Shown here: piece after piece, positions 1-7,248 of the stretch
How positions within the stretch are numbered: the stretch's first letter is position 1
Layout of the letters: every line of letters starts with the position of its first letter
NCBI GenBank assembly: GCA_016839445.1
Contig: JAEOUG010000041.1
Coordinates: forward strand, 1-19,671
DNA: 19,671 bases
Source of the DNA: Candidatus Thorarchaeota archaeon
GTDB lineage: Archaea; Asgardarchaeota; Thorarchaeia; Thorarchaeales; Thorarchaeaceae
Direction of reading: 5' to 3'
Program-made: the position numbers and the translations under genes
Notes under the pieces: model-generated
Told to the model about the DNA's origin: nothing
Database searches by the model: none
What the model saw: the letters and a program-made list of their open reading frames with translations, nothing else

Positions 1-52
1 GGCCTGGAAGGCGAAGCTAGAGCCAATCTATGCTGGAGCAAAGGCTGCATAG
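1..52 (+). CDS. Probable 3' end of an upstream gene (partial, ...AWKAKLEPIYAGAKAA*), likely in the same operon
   Basis: Frame 2 is open from the window edge to TAG at 50-52. The stop overlaps the AGGTGA RBS (51-56) of the next gene. Too short to identify. Confidence 0.4.
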   Translation, partial: AWKAKLEPIYAGAKAA

Positions 53-62
53 GTGATAGTTC

Positions 63-1019
63 ATGCGCATCATCGCCGAAGCGGCTGGTGTGTCGCTGGC
101 CGTTCCAGATGATGCGTATCTCTCATTCTTCAACAGCCCCTATGCTGGTCACTCTCTTGGTTCTGCAGTTGACGTCTATCCTTTCGAACGCACGTGGGGC
201 TGCCCTGTGCCTTCACCGGCAAACGGTGTCATCAAAGAGATCAAGAAGATGAAGATGGGACGACGCAAGCCCTTCGAGACGGCAGACCACGACTTCGCTG
301 TGGGAATCGCCCCAGAAGGCTCAGACGATCTGCTCATCAGAGTCATGCACCTTTCCCCCTCTCTAAGTCCTGGTGACCATGTTGAGATGGGCTCAGTACT
401 CGGCGAGACCCTGCGCTCTCGATACTTCAACTACTGGACAGGCCCGCACTTCCATATGGAGATCATGCGGTCCAGGAACTTCCATCGAGCTACGAAGTCG
501 ATGCCCCTCGAAGTGGACCTTGGAGAGTCCAGATTGCGGCAGGCTTCTGGTTCGCCTCATGACCAAGAGGTGATGGAAGCATCAGCAGACTGGGTGACTG
601 TGCGTGGAACGGGCTTTGACATCTGCCAGTGTGGGCACTACTACGGCATTGCAGGATTCACTAACAAGAGCGGGAGCGGGGGTATTCTAGACGCGGGTCT
701 CACGCACTACGGTCATGGCGCCTTGGTGGGATCTGAGCAACCAGAGGAATCTGAGACCATCCAGTTTCAGTCAGTGGAGGTGGGCAGGATGCATTGGTCG
801 AGAAGGAACCTTCACTTCTTTGTACGCACCAACGAGTTGGCGTTATCCCTTGGAGAACACGCCCTTCGAGGTCTCTCGGCCTTCCTCTACCCCAAGCAAT
901 ACTTGAAAGAGGGAGTACCGCCCTTGGTCTGTATCCCGCTTCAGCAGGGAGGGCCCTTGAGCCAGCTAGATCCTGGAGATACACATGAGCTTCACATCAA
1001 CAGCATTAAAGCAACATAG
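63..1019 (+). CDS. M23/LAS-like Zn-metallohydrolase domain protein, conserved archaeal type, no signal peptide
   Basis: FFNSPYAGH(30)xxxxxxD(37)VYP, RVMH(96)L, PGDHVEMGSVLG and TGPH(129)FH(131)MEI match the M23 pattern HxxxD...HL...GxxVxxGxxIG...GPHLHFE. RBS AGGTGA at 51-56. Confidence 0.72.
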   Translation: MRIIAEAAGVSLAVPDDAYLSFFNSPYAGHSLGSAVDVYPFERTWGCPVPSPANGVIKEIKKMKMGRRKPFETADHDFAVGIAPEGSDDLLIRVMHLSPSLSPGDHVEMGSVLGETLRSRYFNYWTGPHFHMEIMRSRNFHRATKSMPLEVDLGESRLRQASGSPHDQEVMEASADWVTVRGTGFDICQCGHYYGIAGFTNKSGSGGILDAGLTHYGHGALVGSEQPEESETIQFQSVEVGRMHWSRRNLHFFVRTNELALSLGEHALRGLSAFLYPKQYLKEGVPPLVCIPLQQGGPLSQLDPGDTHELHINSIKAT

Positions 1020-1040
1020 ACACAACGGAGCCTGATTAGG

Positions 1041-2018
1041 TTGGTAGAGAAGGTTCGTCTTTCAGTTGGAACGGCGATGCGACTAGGACTCGTACCAAGT
1101 GAGGACGTGTCATACTTCACAACCGCCTTCCTGTTGACCTATCATCCATCTGGCTGCAACGCCAATTGCGCCTTCTGTCCACAGGCTCAGGATAGCACCG
1201 CTTCATCGGACCGTTTGTCTAGGCTGACCTGGCCTGAGTTTTCCATGGATGAAGTTCTGGCAAGTTGGCCATCTCATAGAGGGTTTGCCAGAGTATGCAT
1301 TCAGACGCTTTGCTATGAAGAGGTAGTTGACGACGTGCTGGAACTCACGAGGCGAGTGCGTTCTGTTTCAGACGCACCTGTTTCAGTCGCCGTACATCCG
1401 GTCTCGCTGGAGGACATGGAACGATTAAAGCTGGGAGGAGTCACTGACATCGGCATCGCTCTGGATGCCTGCACGCGAGAGGTCTTCGACCAAATCAAGG
1501 GTGAGTCGCGCGGGTCTCGGTACAGATGGGAGAAACACCTGAAGGCGCTGAAGGATGCGCTCGGCATCTTCGGAGTCGGTCATGTGACGACACACTTGAT
1601 CGTAGGACTAGGTGAAACGGAAAAGGAGGCAGCTGACTTCATCTTCGATATGTATGGACTGGGAATAGGAGTGGGTCTCTTTGCATTCACTCCCATCAAG
1701 GGGACATCACTGGAAGGTAGACCCCCTCCACGAATTGATGTCTATCGGAGAATACAGACTGTCAGGTATCTTGCCCAAAACGAACATCTATCCAGAGAAA
1801 TGGTCAGGACTGATAAGAATGGGAGGATCTCACTGGATATGGACCCGAAGGAGCTGAAGCAGATATTGGAGTCAGGCGATGCTTTCAGAGTATCCGGATG
1901 CATAGGATGCAACCGTCCATACTACAATGAGAGACCCTCTGGCAAGCTGTACAACTACCACCGTCCGCTTTCAAGCGTTGAGAAGACTGCCGCTCTAGAA
2001 GAAATGGAGTTGGTGTAG
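1041..2018 (+). CDS. lipS2: Radical SAM lipoyl synthase subunit LipS2 (biotin-synthase-like)
   Basis: CNANCAFC (CxxxCxxC) followed by PQA...RLSRLTWP, plus HLIVGLGETE. C-terminal SGCIGCNRPYYNERP resembles the LipS2 TxGCPxC(N/D)RP signature. Lies directly upstream of lipoate ligase genes. Confidence 0.82.
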   Translation: MVEKVRLSVGTAMRLGLVPSEDVSYFTTAFLLTYHPSGCNANCAFCPQAQDSTASSDRLSRLTWPEFSMDEVLASWPSHRGFARVCIQTLCYEEVVDDVLELTRRVRSVSDAPVSVAVHPVSLEDMERLKLGGVTDIGIALDACTREVFDQIKGESRGSRYRWEKHLKALKDALGIFGVGHVTTHLIVGLGETEKEAADFIFDMYGLGIGVGLFAFTPIKGTSLEGRPPPRIDVYRRIQTVRYLAQNEHLSREMVRTDKNGRISLDMDPKELKQILESGDAFRVSGCIGCNRPYYNERPSGKLYNYHRPLSSVEKTAALEEMELV

Positions 2019-2020
2019 GC

Positions 2021-2788
2021 GTGGAGGAAGTCCGGTTCTTAGATCTCGAAACGAACAGCTCGGCTTTGAATATGGCCACAGATGAATCCATCATGCTGGC
2101 ACAGAAGCGCGGAGAAGCGCCGCCCACACTAAGGCTATACAGATGGAAACCTTCGGCTGTTTCTATTGGCACCTTTCAGAGCATGGAAGATGAGGTTGAT
2201 GTAGGATTCTGCAAGAGACAAGGTATGGACTACATCCGACGTATTACCGGAGGAGGGGCGGTGTACCACGACTATGAAGGAGAGATCACCTACAGCATCA
2301 TCTTCCCTAAAGGCCATAGACTTGTGCCAGACGACATCATCGACTCTTACAGAATCCTCTGTGGAGGCGTAATCAAGGCCCTGGAACGAATGGATGTGTC
2401 TGCTGAATTCAAGCCAATCAACGATATTGTCGTTAACGGAGTCAAGGTGTCAGGAAACGCCCAAACGCGCCGGCACTCCTGTGTGCTGCAGCACGGAACG
2501 GTACTGCTGGACCTTGACGTACGAACGATGTTTCAGATACTCAAGGTTCCCGCCGAGAAGATTTCAGACAAGATGATATCTGATGTCCGGCAACGCGTCA
2601 CATCAATCAGACATCTCTTGGAGAGGAAGGTCTCATTCGGGGAACTTCGTGATGCAATGGTTGAAGGCTTCTCTGAGGCGCTCAACGTAGCCCTTGTTCC
2701 AGGTGCACTCTCAAAGAGAGAAAGGGATGACCTCGAGCGGCTCACTGTTGAGAAGTATGCGACTGACGCGTGGAACATGTCTAGGTGA
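2021..2788 (+). CDS. lplA: Lipoate-protein ligase A, catalytic subunit
   Basis: NMATDE, PTLRLYRW, RRITGGGAVYHD, PINDIVVNGVKVSGNAQ and LQHGTVL are BPL/LplA/LipB family motifs. Confidence 0.95.
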   Translation: MEEVRFLDLETNSSALNMATDESIMLAQKRGEAPPTLRLYRWKPSAVSIGTFQSMEDEVDVGFCKRQGMDYIRRITGGGAVYHDYEGEITYSIIFPKGHRLVPDDIIDSYRILCGGVIKALERMDVSAEFKPINDIVVNGVKVSGNAQTRRHSCVLQHGTVLLDLDVRTMFQILKVPAEKISDKMISDVRQRVTSIRHLLERKVSFGELRDAMVEGFSEALNVALVPGALSKRERDDLERLTVEKYATDAWNMSR

Positions 2789-2793
2789 CTATC

Positions 2794-3081
2794 ATGTTTG
2801 TCTATGACCATAAGGTTCCAGGAGGGAAGCTTGTCCGCATTAAGATGAGAGTACACGACGACCGCGTCACATTCATTCAGATACTAGGTGACTTCTTCCT
2901 CCACCCTGAGGAGGCAATCACTGCCCTTGAGAATGCGATTGTCGGAAAGGAGCTCTCGGAACCAATCCTCCTTGCAGCAATAGAGAGCGCCCTGCAGAGT
3001 GAAACAGCTCGGCTCATTGGGGCAGATTCAAACGACTTGGTTAAAGCTATTCTCCTTGCATCGGGCAAGCCTGCAAGATAG
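2794..3081 (+). CDS. lplB: Lipoate-protein ligase accessory (C-terminal-domain) subunit
   Basis: KVPGGKLVR...I.GDFF.HPE...LE..I.G is the Lip_prot_lig_C signature. ATG 2794 follows an AGGTGA RBS (2783-2788) that overlaps the lplA stop. Confidence 0.9.
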   Translation: MFVYDHKVPGGKLVRIKMRVHDDRVTFIQILGDFFLHPEEAITALENAIVGKELSEPILLAAIESALQSETARLIGADSNDLVKAILLASGKPAR

Positions 3082-3083
3082 GT

Positions 3084-3623
3084 CTATCCAGAGTAGCTGA
3101 CTTCTATTCGAAGTCGTTTCCGACTGACCTCTACGATGTTCTGGATTCTCACTACTGACTTCCCCAGTGACTTGCTGAACTCGTCCTCAGTGCCAACATA
3201 AACACTGACAAGACTGTCAAGAAACTTCGCCACTTGTGGTTCAGTGGCCTCGTCATCACGGATTCTCACGATGATGTCGTCGCTCCCTGTGATGCGCCAG
3301 AGAGTGGAAACGATTCCTGCTGCACGTTCCTTGTCCGAAGGATGCGTAACCGCTTCCACAAAGGACTTCGCAAGGTCTTTCCCGAAAGGATTGATTGTCC
3401 TTGATCCTCCAACCCAATCTCTATCGAGGAGCAGTATGCCGCTCCTCACTTGACCCGCCCTGTCTATTAGAATGGAAACGTCGATGAATTCCTGAAAGGC
3501 TCCTGGCTTCAGTCGTATGTCGACCAATCCGTCGGGAGTCCTACGTCTGCCCATTTCACTGAAATGGAAGAACGTGAACAGACCCGTCTCTCGAAGGTCG
3601 TCATACCGCATCAATTTGGCCAT
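3084..3623 (-). CDS. Hypothetical protein (alpha/beta, soluble)
   Basis: Fills the gap between lplB and eamA with protein-like composition (LFTFFHF, INPFGKDLAKSF). ATG 3623 is preceded by GGAG; alternative starts are 3638 and 3668. Confidence 0.7.
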   Translation of the reverse strand: MAKLMRYDDLRETGLFTFFHFSEMGRRRTPDGLVDIRLKPGAFQEFIDVSILIDRAGQVRSGILLLDRDWVGGSRTINPFGKDLAKSFVEAVTHPSDKERAAGIVSTLWRITGSDDIIVRIRDDEATEPQVAKFLDSLVSVYVGTEDEFSKSLGKSVVRIQNIVEVSRKRLRIEVSYSG

Positions 3624-3654
3624 ACCCTGCTCCGTCATAGAGCAAATGCTCACA

Positions 3655-4611
3655 TTAGGCTTTCCCAAGGCTGTTGACGGGCCTCTTCTCCTTTCGGTAA
3701 ATCTGAATCAGTTGCACCGCCATAACACTGGCTCCTAGCAACAAGAGACCTGTCCACTGAGTGGCAGTGGGGAACTCCCCGAGAAACACCAGGGATAGGA
3801 CCACGATCTGGGGCATCATAGTGCTGTTGATGAGAGTCATGTCCACAGCTCTCAGAGTGCCCATCGCCTTGTTCCAGAGAGTGAAGGCAATCGCAGTATT
3901 CACAACACTTAGCCAGAGGATGTAGACCAGAGAGAGGGTCGAAACAGCAGTTACTCCTTCCACTAACAGGGCGATTAGGAGTAGGACCGATGAGCCGAAA
4001 GCCATGCTCACTGTGGTAACCACAAGGTATGGAGTATCGCCATCTCTGTTGACGGCTCTTCCAATGATAGCTGAGAAGGAATTCGAAGTCAGAGCCCCGA
4101 TACCCACTAGCAGGCCCAAAATTGGCAAGGCCAGCATCTCGAGAGGAAAGAAGTAGAGGAAGACCCCCACAAGCCCCACCAGTATGAAGAGCCCCTCCTC
4201 TCTACTAGGAATCTCTCGTAGGATTGGAATCGACACAAAGACTACGACAATAGGAGTGAGATTCAACATTAGGGAGAATGCAATGGCCGGCAGGTAGGAA
4301 AGCGCAAGGAATTGGGCGCCCTGTGTGGCAGTGATGAAGATCAGTCCATAGGCGATAAGTCGAGCCCACCACACTCGGCCTCGTTGCATGACATGAGTTC
4401 GATTCTGCTGACGCGAGAATGTGAAGGCTAGCAGGAGGCCCGACGCGATACCGTACCGCAACGCCGCAAATGTCAGAGGCGGCATTTCCTCTAGGCCGAA
4501 CTTGATTATCACCCACGATGACGCCCAAAGAACAGTGACAAGCAGAGCGAGCATCACTGAACTTGCGTGCCGGCGTGGGGATTGCTGAACATCTGGATTC
4601 TCTTGTGTCAT
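3655..4611 (-). CDS. DMT/EamA family transporter
   Basis: LWASSWVIIKFGL..PPLTFAALRY, about 10 hydrophobic helices and two EamA repeats (LREIP; TAIAFTLW...LVFLGEFPT). Confidence 0.93.
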   Translation of the reverse strand: MTQENPDVQQSPRRHASSVMLALLVTVLWASSWVIIKFGLEEMPPLTFAALRYGIASGLLLAFTFSRQQNRTHVMQRGRVWWARLIAYGLIFITATQGAQFLALSYLPAIAFSLMLNLTPIVVVFVSIPILREIPSREEGLFILVGLVGVFLYFFPLEMLALPILGLLVGIGALTSNSFSAIIGRAVNRDGDTPYLVVTTVSMAFGSSVLLLIALLVEGVTAVSTLSLVYILWLSVVNTAIAFTLWNKAMGTLRAVDMTLINSTMMPQIVVLSLVFLGEFPTATQWTGLLLLGASVMAVQLIQIYRKEKRPVNSLGKA

Positions 4612-4647
4612 TAAGTGCTGACCAATGAGACCGCAAGGCTAATCAGG

Positions 4648-4674
4648 GAATAAGATTGTGCCGTCTAGTGACGG
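4648..4674. promoter_or_regulatory. Divergent promoter region: TATA-like CTTATT (- strand, 4649-4654) and palindrome CCGTC-N4-GACGG (4661-4674)
   Basis: Perfect 5-bp inverted repeat between eamA and the HTH_10 regulator, next to a TATA-like element about 40 bp upstream of the eamA ATG. Confidence 0.45.
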
Positions 4675-4685
4675 GTGTTTATAAG

Positions 4686-5327
4686 GTGATAGAGGCCCAG
4701 CTCCAGATTAGCAGCGAGAGATACTACTCCTGTGAAATCACGCGGACTCTTCCAGTGAGAGTGAACCTGATTGCCATCAATGGTCCGGTCGGTTTTGGTA
4801 TCATTGAAGCTCTTGATGGTAAGGAAAGCACACTCGCCGCATACGTCGAGTCAATGCGGAGGTCTAGTAGCATACTCAGTTTTGATATAACGTATGCGTC
4901 TCCGAGTATGTACTGGACCCGAGCTCATCATGAACTAGGGGGCGAGTCCATTCACGAGACCATTCTTGAGAGTGGCTGCATGAATCGCTTGCCGATAGTG
5001 ATCCAGAAGGGGCTGCAGAATCACACTGTGCTGGCTCCATCGCAGGAGGCCTTCAAGACCATGTATGAAGCCCTGACAGATCGCTTCACAGAAGTGAGAA
5101 TACGAAGGATATCTCGTTCCCCTGTGGGGCAGTTCCTTCCACGCCTGACTGTGAAGCAAGCTGAGGCATTCAGGATTGCGTTCAGGAACGGATACTACGA
5201 TATGCCCAGAGCCACAACTGTGGAGAAACTTGGACGGAAGCTGGGGATAAAGCGGGTGGCAATGCAGGAGCGCCTACGAAGAGCTGAGCGTTCCGTTCTC
5301 CAGCAGTACGCAGACAACTATCTTTGA
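4686..5327 (+). CDS. HTH_10 (bacterio-opsin activator-type) transcriptional regulator
   Basis: C-terminal LTVKQAEAFRIAFRNGYYDMPRATTVEKLGRKLGI...ERLRRAE is the classic HTH_10 motif, with an N-terminal sensor-like domain. GTG 4686 is the likely start (ORF open from 4656). Confidence 0.9.
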   Translation: MIEAQLQISSERYYSCEITRTLPVRVNLIAINGPVGFGIIEALDGKESTLAAYVESMRRSSSILSFDITYASPSMYWTRAHHELGGESIHETILESGCMNRLPIVIQKGLQNHTVLAPSQEAFKTMYEALTDRFTEVRIRRISRSPVGQFLPRLTVKQAEAFRIAFRNGYYDMPRATTVEKLGRKLGIKRVAMQERLRRAERSVLQQYADNYL

Positions 5328-5375
5328 GCACTAGCAAGAGTGAAATATCAATCTGCAGACCCTAATGTGATAGCG

Positions 5376-5858
5376 ATGGTAGACCCAGAATACCTACAGG
5401 ACGCCAAAGTTCAGAAAGTCGACGCCGACATTAGGAACTTCAAAGTAGAGCTTCAGAAGCTAAAGATGAGCCTTGAAGGTCTTGACGCGAAGCTTGATGC
5501 CGAGATTCAACAGAAGGCATCCGATGTCAAGATGCGGAATGACGCCGTTGAGACTCAGAAGGCCAGACTCAGACAAGCCGAGAATGACCTGAAGGATGCT
5601 CAGAAGAGACACAGAGACGCTCAGAAACAGAAGGGGAACGCTCGGGACGACCTCAGGAAACAGGTCGAGAGGATCCAGAAACGCATCAGTGATGCAGAGA
5701 AGACGAAGGAGAAGCGCTTCAAGGAGCTCGACAAAGAGAAGGAGAAGCTTGTTGAGAAGGCAAAGAGGGAGAAGGCAAGAGAGATGGAGGAGCTCAAAGC
5801 TCGGGAAATGGAACGTGTAGCGGAGGAAAAGCGTCGCGAGCTAGGGCTTGGCCAGTAG
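5376..5858 (+). CDS. Small, highly charged all-helical coiled-coil protein
   Basis: K/E/R/Q-rich heptads over about 150 aa with almost no Pro. ATG 5376 is preceded by GTGA. Confidence 0.8.
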   Translation: MVDPEYLQDAKVQKVDADIRNFKVELQKLKMSLEGLDAKLDAEIQQKASDVKMRNDAVETQKARLRQAENDLKDAQKRHRDAQKQKGNARDDLRKQVERIQKRISDAEKTKEKRFKELDKEKEKLVEKAKREKAREMEELKAREMERVAEEKRRELGLGQ

Positions 5859-5886
5859 CCCCGCGCAAGACAAGGGAGGGAGCAAT

Positions 5887-6852
5887 ATGAATGCCTACTT
5901 CGGTATAGTCCTCATCTCGTTCATCCTGTTCTTCACAGTCTGGGGTCTTGGTTGGCTCCTCGAGCGACTCTCCTACAGGATGTTGAAAGCCACGCAGAGT
6001 CCAGGGTCGAGATCATGGTACGCCCTTGTAGGTCCAGGAGTTGCGCTCCACGAGTCATCTCATGCGTTGGGATGCGTAGTCACCAGAACCGAGATCGTCG
6101 AGTTCAAACCGATTAACATCTCAGAGCAAGATGACCAGATTGTACTCGGATATGTCAAATACAGGAAGCCTCCAAGCGCCCTCAAGAATGCCATCATCAA
6201 CCTAGCTCCAGTGGCAGTGTCACTGGTCCTCTTGATTGCCTTTGCATTTGGAGCTACCTACTTGGTCCCCGACCGACCAAGTCTCGGAAGGTCTGCACTT
6301 GACCTATTCTGGGATCTTCTCGGTGCCAAAAACCAGCCGCTGATCTACCCAGTTCTGGCGATTGGAGAGTACGTTTACCAGTTTCTCTACACAATTGCAG
6401 AGCTGACTGTCATCAATCCTGTCTTCTGGATCGTGGCCTTCCTCGCAATGACAATCATGTTTTCCAACGCACCTTCAGAGGCTGACATCCGTAATGCTTG
6501 GTCAGGACTCAAGTTCATCGTGGTGTTCAACCTGATTTGGTTGGTAGTAGCGTTCTTCCTTCCTGAGGCGGGTTGGCTGCTCATTGGATTCTTCGAGATT
6601 CTCGCGGTCATGTTCTCGCTGGCGCTCGCATTTGCTGCCATAGGATATGGCTTCTTCATCCTCGTTGCAGCAATGGCCCGGATTCGTTCGCCATTCCAGG
6701 TGATACCCTTCGTGGCTTGTCTCGCCACCGGTCTTGTGATGTCACTCCAGTTAATTGGCTCTGCTGCGTTTCAGACCATGTCTTCACTTGCCGTCTTCAT
6801 GCTTGTGACGCTTCTCATGCTGTCGATGAAATCACTGAGAGCACCTAGATAA
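5887..6852 (+). CDS. Polytopic membrane Zn-metalloprotease, M50/site-2-protease-like
   Basis: PGVALHESSHALGC (HExxH beside a hydrophobic segment), LGYV, INLAP and downstream APSEAD (candidate third Zn ligand). About 7-8 TM segments. GGAGG RBS before ATG 5887 (TTG 5848 is an alternative start). Confidence 0.78.
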   Translation: MNAYFGIVLISFILFFTVWGLGWLLERLSYRMLKATQSPGSRSWYALVGPGVALHESSHALGCVVTRTEIVEFKPINISEQDDQIVLGYVKYRKPPSALKNAIINLAPVAVSLVLLIAFAFGATYLVPDRPSLGRSALDLFWDLLGAKNQPLIYPVLAIGEYVYQFLYTIAELTVINPVFWIVAFLAMTIMFSNAPSEADIRNAWSGLKFIVVFNLIWLVVAFFLPEAGWLLIGFFEILAVMFSLALAFAAIGYGFFILVAAMARIRSPFQVIPFVACLATGLVMSLQLIGSAAFQTMSSLAVFMLVTLLMLSMKSLRAPR

Positions 6853-6900
6853 TACTGAGTCTAATATTCGACACTTCGTGTTCGTACTCAGGTACTGAAT

Positions 6901-7248
6901 ATGGCGAAGATCAATGTAGTCAGACGACCCTCTCTGATAAGCCCCCGTCACTTCCTTCGCTACATCTTCTTCACAGAAATGCAGGTTGAGCAAGCAGTCA
7001 AGATTCTGGATGTGATTGTACGAAACCAAGGTGAGCTCATGGACAACCAGTGGCAGCAGCTTGTGTTGTCAAGCCGTGGGCTGTACGTCAAGGTCATGCG
7101 GAAGCTTCGAGACGTGGGTATCGTGAAGAAGGATCTCGGCAAATTCAAATTGTCAACTGACTTCTCTACTGCGCTGAGCAAGCTTTCAGCCTTCTGGTTG
7201 GACACAACAAGAGCCTTTGAGGCGGGTGACAGAGACCTCTTTGCCTAA
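6901..7248 (+). CDS. Small winged-helix-like protein
   Basis: YVKVMRKLRDVGIVKK..GKFKLS..FS..L..L...W fits a recognition helix plus wing. Confidence 0.65.
   Translation: MAKINVVRRPSLISPRHFLRYIFFTEMQVEQAVKILDVIVRNQGELMDNQWQQLVLSSRGLYVKVMRKLRDVGIVKKDLGKFKLSTDFSTALSKLSAFWLDTTRAFEAGDRDLFA

Noticed and set aside
1041-2018. Biotin synthase BioB or classical LipA call
   Set aside because: Lacks the LipA CX4CX5C and RSSY motifs and the BioB YNHNL motif; has the LipS2-type GCxxCNRP.
6853-6900. Imperfect inverted repeat CTGAGT...ACTCAG with inner ACAC/GTGT before the wHTH gene
   Set aside because: Short arms with a large asymmetric interior; compatible with chance.
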